Assembly (NCBI RefSeq): GCF_048593235.1 | Contig: NC_133617.1 | Coordinates: forward strand, 397,300,067 to 397,364,066 | Source of the DNA: Sminthopsis crassicaudata | Taxonomy: Eukaryota | DNA: 64,000 bases | Direction: 5' to 3' | Shown here: positions 51,864-64,000 of the stretch, piece by piece | Layout: each line of letters starts with the position of its first letter | Numbering within the stretch: position 1 is the stretch's first letter | Translations under genes and position numbers: made by a program | The notes under the pieces: generated by a model | Databases searched by the model: none | The model's input: the letters and a program-made list of their open reading frames with translations, nothing else | Told to the model about the DNA's origin: nothing

Positions 51864-54063
51864 TACAAAACACTTTCTACACAAACTAAGTCTGATCTAA
51901 CCAATTGGAAAAATATTAAATGCTCTTGGATAGGGCAAGCAAATATAATAAAGATGACAATACTATCTAAACTAATCTATTTATTTAGCGCTATACCAAT
52001 CAAGACTCCAAAAAACTATTTTAATGACCTAGAAAAAATAACAACAAAGTTCATAAGGAAAAACAAAAGGTTAAGAATTTCAAGGGAATTAATGAAAAAA
52101 AAAATCAAATGAAGGTGGCCTAGCTGTACCAGATCTAAAATTATATTATAAAGCAGCGGTTACCAAAACCATTTGGTATTGGCTAAAAAATAGACTAGTT
52201 GATCAGTGGAATAAGTTAGGTTCAAAGGACAAAATAATCAATAACTTTAATAATCTAGTGTTTGACAAACCCAAAGACCCCAGCTTTTGGGATAAGAACT
52301 CAATGTTTGACAAAAATTGCTGGGAAAATTGGAAATTAGTATGGCAGAAACTACGCATTGACCCACACTTAACACCATACACCAAGATAAGGTCAAAATG
52401 GGTTCATGACTTTGGCATAAAGAATGAGATTATAAATAAATTAGAGGAATGTAGGATAATTTACCTCTCAGACCTGTGGAAGAGGAAGGAATTTATGTCC
52501 AAAGGAGAACTAGAGATCATTATTGAGCACAAAATAGAAAATTTTGATTACATCAAATTAAAAACAAAAATTTTGTACAAACAAAACTAATACAAATAAG
52601 ATTAGAAGGGAAGTAACAAATTGGGAAAACATTTTTACAGTTAAAGGTGAAAGGCCTCATCTCGAAAATATACAGAGAATTAACTCTAATTTATAAGAAA
52701 TCAAGCCATTCTCCAATTGATAAATGGTCAAAGGATATGAACAGACAATTTTCAGATGATGAAATTGAAACTATTTCCACTCATATGAAAGAGTGTTCCA
52801 AATCACTACTGATCAGAAAAATGCAAATTAAGACAACTCTGAGATACCACTATTGATCACAAAATAGAAAATTGTGATTATATCAAATTGAAAAGGTTTT
52901 GTACAAACAAAACTAATGCAGATAAGATTAGAAAGGAAACAATAAACTGGGAAAACATTTTTACAGTCAAAGGTTTTGATAAAGGCCTCATTTCCAAAAT
53001 ATATAGAAAATTTACTCTAATTTATAAGAAATCAAGCCATTCTCCAATTGATAAATGGTCAAAGGATATGAACAGACAATTCTCAGATGAAGAAATTGAA
53101 ACTATTTCTAGCCATATGAAAAGATGCAAATTAAGACAACTCGGAGATACCACTACATATCTGTCAGATTGGCTAGAATGACAGGAAAAGATAATGCGCA
53201 TTATTGGAGGGGATGTGGGAAAATTGGGACACTGATACATTGTTGGTGGAATTGTGAAAACAGCCAACTATTCTGGAGAGCAATTTGGAACTATGCTCAA
53301 AGAGTTATCAAACTGTGCATACATACCCTTTGATCCAGCAGTGTTACTACTAGGCTTATATTCCAAAGAGATTTTAAAGAAGGGAAAGGGACCTGTATGT
53401 GCAAGAATGTTTGTGGCAGCCCTCTTTGTAGTGGCCAGAAACTGGAAACTGAGTGGATGCCCATCAATTGGAGAATGGGTGAATAAATTGTGGTATATGA
53501 ATGCTATGGAATATTATTGTTCTGTAAGAAATGACCAGCAGGATGAATACAGAGAGGCCTGGAGAGACTTACATGAACTGATGCTGAGTGAAATGAGCAG
53601 GACCAGGAGATCATTATATACTTCAACAACAATACTATATGAAGATATATTCTGATGGACATGGCTCTTTCCAACAATGAGATGAACCAAATCAGTTCCA
53701 ATAGAGCAATAATGAAATGAACCAGCTACACCCAGCAAAAGAACTCTGGGAGATGACTATGAACCACTACATAGAATTCCTAATATTCCTATTTTTGTCT
53801 ACCTGCATTTTGGATTTCCTTCACAGGCTAATTGTACACTATTTCAAAATCCGATTTTTTGTATGGCAAAATAACTGTTTGGACATGTATACATATATTG
53901 TATTTAATTTATGCTTTAACATATTTAACATGTATTGGTCAACCTTCCATCTAGGGGAGTCAGTGGGGGGAAGGAGGAGAAAAATTGGAACAAAAGGTTT
54001 GGCAATTGTCAATGCTGTAAAATTACCCATGCATATATCTGGTAAATAAAAAGTATAATTTAA
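51864..54063 (+). mobile_element. 5'-truncated L1 (ORF2 3' part + 3'UTR) with an internal ~330-bp repeated ORF2 block
   Basis: ORF2 remnants (WKNIKCSWIG, HLTPYTKIRSKW, HSPIDKWSKDMNRQF twice). 15-bp TSD AAAAATGAATGTTAA at 51849-51863 and 54064-54078. Confidence 0.9.
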
Positions 54064-54260
54064 AAAAATGAATGTTAAAATTGCTTTTACATAAAACTGG
54101 AAAAAATACTAAATTAAAAAGAAACATATATTAAGCTTACATGTATTGATATACATATATATATAAACTTTATACATACATATATGTATAAGAAGATAGT
54201 CACAAAATTGTTCTATTGGTTACTTCTATATTTCCTGTTTTCTTCTGTGAATTTTATTTA

Positions 54261-54417
54261 TTTTATTTTATTTTAATTTTTTCCCCCTGAGGCTGGGGTT
54301 AAGTGACTTGCCCAGGGTCACACAGCTAGGCAATGTTAAATGTCTTAGATTAGATTTGAATTTAGGTCCTCCTGAATTCAAGGCTGGTGCTCTATCCACT
54401 GTGCCACCTCGCTGCCC
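54261..54417 (-). mobile_element. WSINE1-type SINE
   Basis: TSD gaattttattta at 54249-54260 and 54418-54429. Confidence 0.85.
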
Positions 54418-54479
54418 GAATTTTATTTATTTTTTAAAAAAATAATTATTTTAATTTTTTCACATAATAGTATATATTT

Positions 54480-57400
54480 TTTTCAAATTAGAGTTTTAAA
54501 ATAAATTTCAATTAACAATTTTTCCTTCCTTCCATTTACCCCTCAGCCTGCATGAACAAAAGAAAAAGAAAACCTTCTTAACAAATAAATATTGTTAAGC
54601 AAGAGAAGTTTTCTCATTGACCAAGTCTAAAAATATGTTTCACTTTGCATTTTGAGTCCATTATCTCTTTATTGGGGTTACACAGTATGCTTCATCTTTG
54701 GTCTTCTGGAATTGTTGATTTGTCATTGCACTGATAAGAATTCTCCCATCTTTGTTTTTCTTTATAATATTATTACATAAATTGTCCTAATCCGGTTTAC
54801 ATCACTGTTTACATTGGTTCAAATAAATTTTCTCTAGAACTGTCTATTTCATCATTATACTTATCTGCCCTAATTCTACAACAGATCACACCTCTAGTTT
54901 TTAGTTGTTTCCTCCTACAACAGAAAAGTTGCTATAAATATTTTTGCATATCTGAGTCCTTTCTTCTCTTTCTTTGATTTCTTTGAGGCATAGGCTTAGA
55001 CGTGATATCACTGACTCAAAAAATATTACCAGCCTACTGAGGTTTTTCTGTGTGTATTCCAAAATGCTTTTCACAATGGTTAAAATAATTTGCAATTCCA
55101 CTAAAAATGTTTTATTGGATATATTTTTCCCAGAGCTCATCAACTTTTGTTATTTTTCATTTTTTATAATGTTAAGTGACTGAGGTCAAATTTGAACTCA
55201 GGTCCTCCTGCTGTCAGGGCTGGTACTCTATATCCACTGTGCCATTTAGCTGCCCCCATTGTTATTTTTTTAAACAGAAACAAGTATTAGATTTTGTCAA
55301 AAACCTTTTCAGCCTGTATTGATATAACCATATGGTTTTTATTACTTATAGTTTGTTATGTTCAGAGTCTTCCTTATATTGAATCAACTGTGCATTCTTG
55401 GTATAAATCCAATCTAGTATATTATAATATTTAAAAAGTCAGTGTGTCTTACTTAAGACTTACTTTAAAAAATACTTACATTTTTTATATTAATGTTCAT
55501 TAGGAATATTGGTGTATAGTTTCCTTTCTCTTATTTGTCTTTCCTTGTTAAATATCAAAATTATATTCACATCATAAAAAAAGATTGGAAAGATCCTTTC
55601 TTTTTTCTATTTTTTCCAGATAATTTGTTTTATGTTGAAAGTAATTATTCTCTGAGTGTTTCATAGAATTCACTTGTGAGTTCATTGACATTAGCGTGTC
55701 TTTTAAAGAGATTTTAATGACTTATTTAGTTTATTTTTTATATTGAATTATTTAAATAATCAATTTCTTCTGTTAATCTGGGTCTTTTATATTTTTGTCA
55801 ATGCTTTTGTCTTCTGAATTATCAGTTTAGTTGGTATATAATTGGGTAAAATAGTTTCAGATATTTTTCTTTATTTTATCCTCATTTACCATGAATTTTC
55901 CTTTTTAAAATTTTTTTATATGAACAATTCTCTATATTTTAAAAAAATCAGATGAGGTAATTTTATTTTCTTAGTTTAAAAACAGTTCTACTTTTATTTT
56001 ATCAATACATTTTTTTCTTTCAACTTTGTTAATCTTTGACCTTCAGAATTTATACTTTATTGTTTGTTTGGGTTTATTAATTTATTGTTGTTCTAGGTTT
56101 TTATTTTTAGTATCCAATTCATTGATTTGTCTCTTTTTTTGTAAATGAACATAGAGATATGCATTTTTTCTCTAAAGACTGCTTTATCTAGATTCCATTA
56201 ATTTTGATTTGACATCTCAATAATGACACAGCACACTGTATACCACATAATTTTTTGTTGAAATTTTCTATTGTTTTTATGACTTGTTTGTTGATGTACC
56301 AGTTTCTTAGGATTATAATTTAATTTCTAATTAATTTTAAGTCTCTCCTTTAAAGTTCTTATATTGAATATAATGTTTACTGCATTATGATTAATTAATG
56401 ATGTGCTTGCTTTTTATGCTTCTGTGTATTAACTTTTTAAAAATTGGGGGCAGCTAGGTGGTGCAGTGGATAGAGCACCAGCCTTGAATTCAGGAGGATC
56501 CGAGTTCAAATCTGGTCTCAGACACTTAACATTTCCTAGCTGTGTGATCCTGGGCAAGTCACTTAGCCTCAGCCTCAGGAAAAACAAAAAAACCAAAAAA
56601 CTTTTTAAAAATTATTTTTCCAATTATATGTAAAACCATTTTTTACCTTTATCATTTTTTTTACAATTTTGAGTTTCACATTCTGTCACACTCTTTCTCA
56701 CTTCCCCTCTCATTAAGAAGGCAAGCAATTTGATAAAGATTACACATATGCAGTTATGCAAAATATATTTTCAACTGAGTGGATGCTCATCAGTTGGGGA
56801 ATGGCTGAATAAATCATGATATATGTATGTAATAGAATATTATTGTTTTATAAGAAATGATCACAGGATGATTTCAGAGAAGCCTGGAGAGATTTACATG
56901 AACTGAGGCAAAGTGAAATGAGCAGAACCAGGAGAACATTGTACATGGCAACATCAATATTATATGATGATCAATCCTGATGGACATGACTCTTTTCAAT
57001 AATGAGAAGATTCAGGCCAATTCTAATAGACTTGTAATGGAGAAAACCATCTGCATTAGAGAGAAAACTATGGCTACTGAATGTAGATCATAACGTAGCA
57101 TTTTCACCATTTTTGTTGGTGGTATTGTTTCCTTACTCGTTTGTTTGTTTTCCCCCCTCACATTTCCCCCTTTTGATCTGATTTTCCTTGTGCAGCATGA
57201 TAAATATGGTTATATATATGTTTAGAAGAATTATTCATGGAGCAGCTAGATAGCACCAGCCCTGGAATCTAGAGGACCTAAATTCAAATTGAACCTCAGA
57301 CGCTTATTAGCTGTGTGACCCTGGACAAGGCATTTAATCCCAATTGCCTTGCAAAAAATAAATAAATAAAAGAATTGCACATGTGGTCTAGGGGAGGGAG

Positions 57401-58800
57401 AGGGAGAGAGGGAGGAAATTTTGGAACACAAGGTTTTGCAAGGGAGAATATTGAAAACTGACTTTTGCATTTTTTGAAAAATAAAAAGCTATTATTATTT
57501 TTTAAAAATGATTTTTAAAAAATTTTGAAGACCAGAAAAAACATATTCCCAGATTAATCATGTTGTTAAAGAAAACACAGACAAAAAAAAGAAGAAAAAA
57601 ATATTTTAAAGTAGTATGCTTGGTCTGTATTCAGATTTGATCAGTTTTTTCTCTAAAGATAGATAGCATTTTTCATCATAGATTCTTCAGAATGGTCTTG
57701 GATCTTTTTATTGCTGAGACTAAGTAAGTTGTTCACAATTGATTATTATGCAGTTTTCTGCATTTTTTATTGAGAATTTTATGTCTCAATATTTTGTTAA
57801 TTGTAAAATGCTATACAGGGCTGTGATGTAAATTCCTTTTTGTTCCCATTCAGTAACGGGATCTCTTATCTCTAATTTTTATGAAATTCTATTTAGATTC
57901 TTAACTTCTTTCTTGTTAACCTTTTAGGTAAACTTTTCTAGACTGAAAAGAGATACATTAAAATCCCTCTCTATATAATTTCATTGTCAATTTCTCCCTA
58001 TAATTAGATTAACTTTTAGGCCATTCAGTGCATATATATGTTAAGAAGTGATATTGAGTCATTATTTATAGTTCCCTTAAATATAATACAATTTTCCTTC
58101 TTTTTTTCATGGTTATATTTATTTATCTGAATTTATGATCACTACTCTTGCTTTTTTGAGTTGACCTAACATAGATTCTGCTTCACTAAACTGAGTGAAT
58201 ATTATTTATGTTTTAAATCTGTTTCTTATAAATAGCATTTCATTAGATTCTGTTTTCTAATTCATTCTGCTATTCCATTATATTTTGCAGGTGAATTTTC
58301 TTATTCATTATTATTATGATTAATGATGTATTTCTCTCCTTTCTGTCCTCTTGTACTTTTTTTCCCCTCTTTGCTCCTATCTTCCTCTCTACAAATAAGA
58401 AGATAGTAGAAGAGGACCTTGCTTAATACTTGTTATCTATAAAAGTAGTAGTCTGTTTTCTCCATTGCCACATTTGTCTTCCTGTTTCCCTTAGTCACAG
58501 GTCTTTATTTATTTATTTTTTAAATCTCCCTTCACATTCCTGTTCTGACTTTTCAGTTTGTTATGTTAATGTTTTTTTTTTAAACTTATCTCTCCTTCCC
58601 CTTTAAAAATCCTCTTCTTTTCTTTAGATTTCTCTGTTGAGTTTAATATATTTTTGTATCATGATTTGCATTTGTGTGAATGTTAATTTGTCATAGTTGA
58701 TTATCACATAATCTTGTAACTGTGTACAGTGTTTTCCTGGTTCTTCTCGCTTCACTCAGTATCAATTCATTTAAGTCTTTCCAGGCTTTTCTGAAATCCA
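54480..58800 (-). mobile_element. Old, highly degenerate L1 with nested SINEs and a younger plus-strand L1 3' end (~56775-57490)
   Basis: T-rich plus strand with L1 ORF2-like antisense motifs. Boundaries approximate. Confidence 0.6.
56446..56598 (+). mobile_element. WSINE1-type SINE
   Basis: 15-bp TSD aactttttaaaaatt at 56431-56445 and 56599-56613. Confidence 0.88.
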
Positions 58801-59163
58801 GTTAATCATTTTAGAATCATTCTTATTCACTGAAAACCTGTCAGGGGTTGTCTACTTCATATTCTGTTATAACACTGGATGATATGACACCACTGCATAA
58901 ATACACACGTATATATATCCAGAGAGATGCTCATATGTAGATAAGCATCTCTGTATATACAACATGAACATACATAATATGTGCAACATACATATAACAT
59001 GCATTCTATATGTAAGAGAGTTTATAGGGGAGCTCCCCAATCAATTTGAACATTTCTCTCCATCAAACAGTATGGAAATGTTCATCAGTTCCTCATTAAG
59101 AGGATGTAGACAACTCCTGACAAGTTTGAACTGTTTTTTTTTTTTTTTTGTCTGCTTGCAATA

Positions 59164-59195
<32 letters not shown>

Positions 59196-60606
59196 TTTGT
59201 AAGCTCTGGATTTTGGCTATGAGATTCCTGGGCATTTTCATTTGGGAATTTCTTTAAGAAGGTGACTGGTGGATTCTTCCTAAAGTATAACTTTCATCAG
59301 GTCTTATCACCTTCCCCCACTAGTTGCTTACAAGATAAAATACAAACTACTTGACTTATCATTTAAAGGTTTCCATAATCTCCCTCTAATTTTCTAATTT
59401 ATCTTTTTAAAAAAAGTTAAAAAGGAAACACATATATTAAATTTAAGAGTTGTAACAAAATTGTTCTATTTATATATCCTTTTATGGTTTTTTTTCCCAA
59501 AAAGTTTTCTTTTATATTCTTTTTTATAATTTACTTTTTCATCTTCACTTCATTCACTTCTCATTGTGTTTTAGGCAAATTAGAATACTAGTTGTTTTCC
59601 AGTCCTTCTCCTGTCTCCATGTATTTGCAAATGTCTTTTCTTAGACATAGAATTTACTCTCTCCTGGCAGGTCACTCCTATTCATTTAAGTTATTCATAG
59701 GCTCCTTGGTTTAGAGATGAAAGGATCTTGGAGATCCTGATTTGAAAGGTCCCTTGCCCAAGGTCACACAGTAGCTAGCAAGCCAAATCTCTGACTACTA
59801 ATCAAATCTTTCTACTATGTCACATTATCTTCATACTTCTTTCAATGTTTCTAATTTCTTTAAGAAAGAATTCAGGTACCACCTCTTTTTTAGTTTTCCT
59901 AATCCACATCTCTATCTGGGTAAAAATAATCGCTCCTTTAAATTTCTTATAATATTATGTATGGCTCCCTCCTTTAATATTGTCAAGTTTTACCTTGTGT
60001 GCATACATACTTACTAGAATATAAGCTCCTTGAGAGCAGGGACGATCATTTTAATCTTGTACATGGTGGGTACTTAATAAAAGTTTGAATTGATTAGAGC
60101 TCCTTGTTTCAGTGGGAGTCCAGTTTATATTACTTCCCTTGACCTCAGTAAACTACTCATACATTTGGGCTTCTGGTCCTTGTACAGACAGGTTTTGCCT
60201 TATGAAAGTGGACGCTTCTGCAACATGATTTTTACATAATTTGAATTAGGCCCACTTTACTTAGCCTATACAACAAAGGCATACACAAAATAATAACTTT
60301 ATGCAAGTCATAAAATGTACTAAAATGCAGACATATTAAATACTATACCACAATAATAACAGAATTGTGAAATAAAAAGTAAAATTGGTGATGAGGTATG
60401 CATAGCACTACACAGTAAAATTAACAAAGGTGTTGCTTCTTCCCCATCCAGTGCACTTGGCCTTTATCACATAGGTGGTTGACTTTGCAACTATTTTTTA
60501 TGAAGCTATCGAGAGATGTTTGGCAATGGCTCTCTTTTTTCTTTACTTGTGCGATGATTGCAAGTGATATTATCCAATACTAATCTTTGAACTTTTTTAA
60601 AATTTT

Positions 60607-61062
60607 TTAAAATTAATTTTATGATTATACATTTTTTGACAGTATATATGCATGAGTAATTTTTTTATAACATTATCCCTTGTATTCATTTTTCCAGATT
60701 TTCCCCTCCCTCCCTCTACTCCCTCCCCTAGATGACAGGCAATCTCATACATTTTACATGTGTTACAGTATAACCCAGATACAATATATGTGTATAAATC
60801 CAATTTTCTTGTTGCGCATTAAGTATTGGATTCCGAAGGTATAAGTAACCTGGGTAGATAGATAGTAGTGCTAATATTTTACATTCAATTCCCAGTGTTC
60901 CTTCTCTGGGTGTAGTTGTTTCTGTCCATCATTGATCAGCTGGAAGTGAGTTGGATCTTCTCTATGTTGAAGATATCCACTTCCATCAGAATACATTTTC
61001 ATACAGTATTGTTGTTGAAGTGTACAGCGATCTTCTGGTTCTGCTCATTTCACTCAGTATCA
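60607..61062 (-). mobile_element. L1 3' end inserted in the Tigger element
   Basis: 3'UTR nearly identical to that of the 30120-31127 L1. Flanked by tgaact(t)nttaaaatttt at 60588-60606 and 61063-61079. Confidence 0.8.
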
Positions 61063-61892
61063 TGAACTTTTAAAATTTTGAAATATTCGGATTCATACAA
61101 GAATACAAGAAAAAAATTCTCTCAAATGAAGAAATGTTTCTGCCAACTGTTTTGTTGTGAATCTTTTTAATTTGACATCAGATTCCAAAGGCCTCTTTCT
61201 TCTGCAGTCTTTGCAGCTAGCTCAATCATTTGACAGTTCTCCATGAGACTATTCCACCTCATTCTCATCCATTTCTAGCTTCAATTTTTGTGCTAATTTT
61301 TATAGTCTTATTACTCACTTTTTCAAATGTTTTATCTTTGTGAAATCCACAAAAATTGGAATGAATTTGAAAGTATATTTTTTCTAAACTCTATTCATAT
61401 GTGTTTCTATTATATTTCCCCATTCTTAGCAATATTTGGATTGCATGGTAAATATTATAGATCCAGAATCTCGTAATATTAAATCTTTATCTACATCCAA
61501 ACTGCTATTGTCTGGACAATAAAGTACTTCAAGTAACAGATTCACAATCACTCCCTGAATCATAGTTTGTAATAATGAAGCAGTGATAGGGGGAAGATAG
61601 ACCACTATTATATTTTCATTAAAATCATCCAGATGGATTGGGTAATCTGAGGCATTATCTTAAATAAATAGAATCTTGAAATGAATGCCATTATTATAAT
61701 AAAATTTCTGGACTTCAGAAATGGAACAAGTTATAGTTCAAGTATGATAAGAGTTATCCATGCCTTAAGGTTAGCAGAAATAATGTTCTGGCTTATTTCT
61801 TTTAATGTTCTGGGTTTTCTGAATGATATACAAAAATAGATTTTAATTTGCAAATCCCAGAGATGCATTCCCTCTAAGCATAAGAGTAACTC

Positions 61893-62400
61893 TATATGGA
61901 ATGTTTTATAGATCAGCAGGATGATTTTAGAGAGGTCTGGAGAGACTTACACGAACTGATGCCGAGTGAAATGAGCAGGACATCATTGTACATGGCAATA
62001 AGATTATGTGATGATCTGCTCTGATAGATGTGGCTCTTTTCAACAATTAAGGCCAGTTACAGTAGACTTGTAATAGAGAGAGCCATCTACATTCAGAGAG
62101 AGGACTGTGGGAACTGAGTGTGGATTACAACATAGCATTCTCATCTTTTTTGTCATTTGTTTGCTTTTTTTTCCCTTTCTCATTTTTTTCCTTTTTGATC
62201 TTTCTTGTGCAGCATGATAAATGTGAAAATATGTATAGAAGAATTGCACATGTTTAACGTGTATTAAATTACTTACAATCTAGGGGAGGAGATGGGAGGA
62301 AGGGAGGGAGAAAAATTTGGAACACAATGTTTTGCAAGGGTGAATGTTGAAAACCATTTTTGCATGTATTTTGAAAATAGAAAGCTATTACTAAAAAACA
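61893..62400 (+). mobile_element. L1 3' end inserted in the Tigger transposase
   Basis: ORF2 end/3'UTR motifs; splits the transposase between ...KSR and VTLML... Confidence 0.75.
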
Positions 62401-63234
62401 AAGAAATCTACTCTTCAAAGTTTTAATTCCAGCATTTTTTTTCTTTCCCAAAGGAGATACAGATTTGAGATGGCATTCTTTAATACAATGGGCTGATTTC
62501 ATTTACATTAAAGATTAACTCTGGTGAGTAGAGACCTTCATCTATCATTTTTTGTAGGCTCTTGGAGAACTTTTTTGATGCTTCAATATCTGCACAAACT
62601 CTCAAACTCTCTTGACATTTGCACGTTATGATATTCTTCACACTTTTTAGGTCATGCAAACTAGCAACTACCTTACTGTATAAAACCCATATCTCTTCAG
62701 GATACTTTAGTTTTAAATTTTCAAAAAGAATTCAACCCTTGGCTTGAATTTTCATCAAATTTAAAGAGTATTTTTCTTAGTTTGGTCTTCTGTCCACAGA
62801 GATAATAGTTTCTCCATCTCTAAAACAGTTTCTTTTCTTGTTTTTGACAGATTTAGTTAATTTCATGCAAGCACTATGTTTTTTTTGTATTTCTTTATCT
62901 GGACAGCATCTCTCACTATGGTACTTATAGTCTATACAATAAGTCTTTAGTTTATGTGCTATCAATGACAATTTTTGTCTATATGTATGTATATCTATAT
63001 ACATATATTATATATGAACATACATACACATATAAAGATATAGATTTTTTTTTGATGAGGCAGTAAGGATTAAATGACTTGTTCAGTGTAACACAACTAG
63101 TAACTGTAAAGCATCTAAGATTAGATTTGAAATTAGGTCCTCCTGACTCCAGAGTTGGTGCAGCTCTATACTTAGCTATACCTCCCCTTAATATTTTCTA
63201 ATTACTTTTTTTTCTATTCATTTTATTTTATTTT

Positions 63235-64000
63235 ATTATTTTTGGCAATTTATTAAAGCTTTTTATTTTCAAAACAAATGCATGGATAAGTTTTCAACAT
63301 TGACCTTAGCAGAACCTCATGTTCTAAATTCCCCTCCAGCCCCTTCCCTAGATGGCAAGCAATCCAAAATATGTTAAACATGTTAAAACATATGTTAAAT
63401 CAAAGCTATGTATACATATTTATTAAATTATCTTGCTGCACAAGAAAAATCAAATCAAAAAGGAAAAAAAAAGAAAGAAAACAAAATGCAAGCAAACAAC
63501 AACAAAAAGAGTGAAAATGCTATATTGTGATCTACCCTTAGTTCCCATGGTTCTCTCTCTGGGTATAGATGGCTCTCTTCATCGCAAGATCATTGGAACT
63601 ATCCTGAATCATCTCATTGTTGAAAAGAGCAAGATAATTGTATAAATATGTATGTATATTTTCCATGTAACATATTTCTACCATGTTTAACATATATTGA
63701 ACTACTTGCCATCTAGGGGAGAGGGTGGGAGAAGGGGGAGAAAATTGGAATACAAGGGTTAATGTTGAAAAATTATCCATGCATTTATTTTGAAAAGAAA
63801 AAGCTTTAAAGAGAGAGAAAAAAAAGAAAAAAGCCACATTCACCAGAACTGATCATCATATTATCTTGTTGTTGCCATGTACAGTGATCTTCTGGTTCTG
63901 CTCACTTCATTTAGCATCAGTTCATGTAAGTCTCTCCAGACCTCTCTGAAATCATCCTGCTGATTGTTTCTTATAGAACAATAATATTCCATATGAATGT
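63235..64000. mobile_element. Cluster of L1 3'-end fragments in both orientations
   Basis: Repeated L1 3'UTR motifs on minus (~63235-63625, 63840-64000) and plus (~63640-63830). Confidence 0.65.

Larger units (their letters stand above)
60185..62990 (-). mobile_element. Tigger/pogo-family DNA transposon fossil, interrupted by two L1 insertions
   Basis: Frameshifted minus-strand translation gives EMEKLLSLWTEDQ, IFNVNE...RMPSQ, RVTLMLRGNAS, KILFI*DNAS...VVYLPPITASLLQTMIQGVI, KRFTTKQLAE, QTSLDSF. TA|CAG left end at 60183-60187. Right end not located. Confidence 0.85.

Overview
Gene-dense mammalian locus, most likely from a dasyurid marsupial (inferred from WSINE1-type SINEs and marsupial-type L1 3' ends). 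It is syntenic with the human 16p13.3 cluster. Seven protein-coding genes reconstruct with intact frames and GT-AG splice sites: CLDN9 (+), CLDN6 (-), TNFRSF12A/Fn14 (+, 4 exons), HCFC1R1 (-, 4), THOC6 (+, 12 coding exons found), BICDL2/CCDC64B (-, 9 coding exons) and MMP25 (+, 10). Two head-to-head CpG-rich promoters drive CLDN6/TNFRSF12A and HCFC1R1/THOC6. Between BICDL2 and MMP25 lies a non-coding, two-LTR gammaretrovirus-like ERV with a perfect tRNA-Gln primer-binding site and a nested L1, next to a probable solo LTR. The last ~13 kb is almost all transposon debris: L1s, SINEs and a Tigger-type transposase fossil. There is a 707-bp assembly gap in MMP25 intron 2. No prokaryotic-type system (CRISPR etc.) is present. 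The best leads for something undescribed are a chain of exon-like units just 3' of MMP25 in the slot where human has IL32, the odd ERV architecture, and a two-subfamily chimeric L1 bounded by a single TSD. Comparisons to human proteins are from memory, not from a database search.
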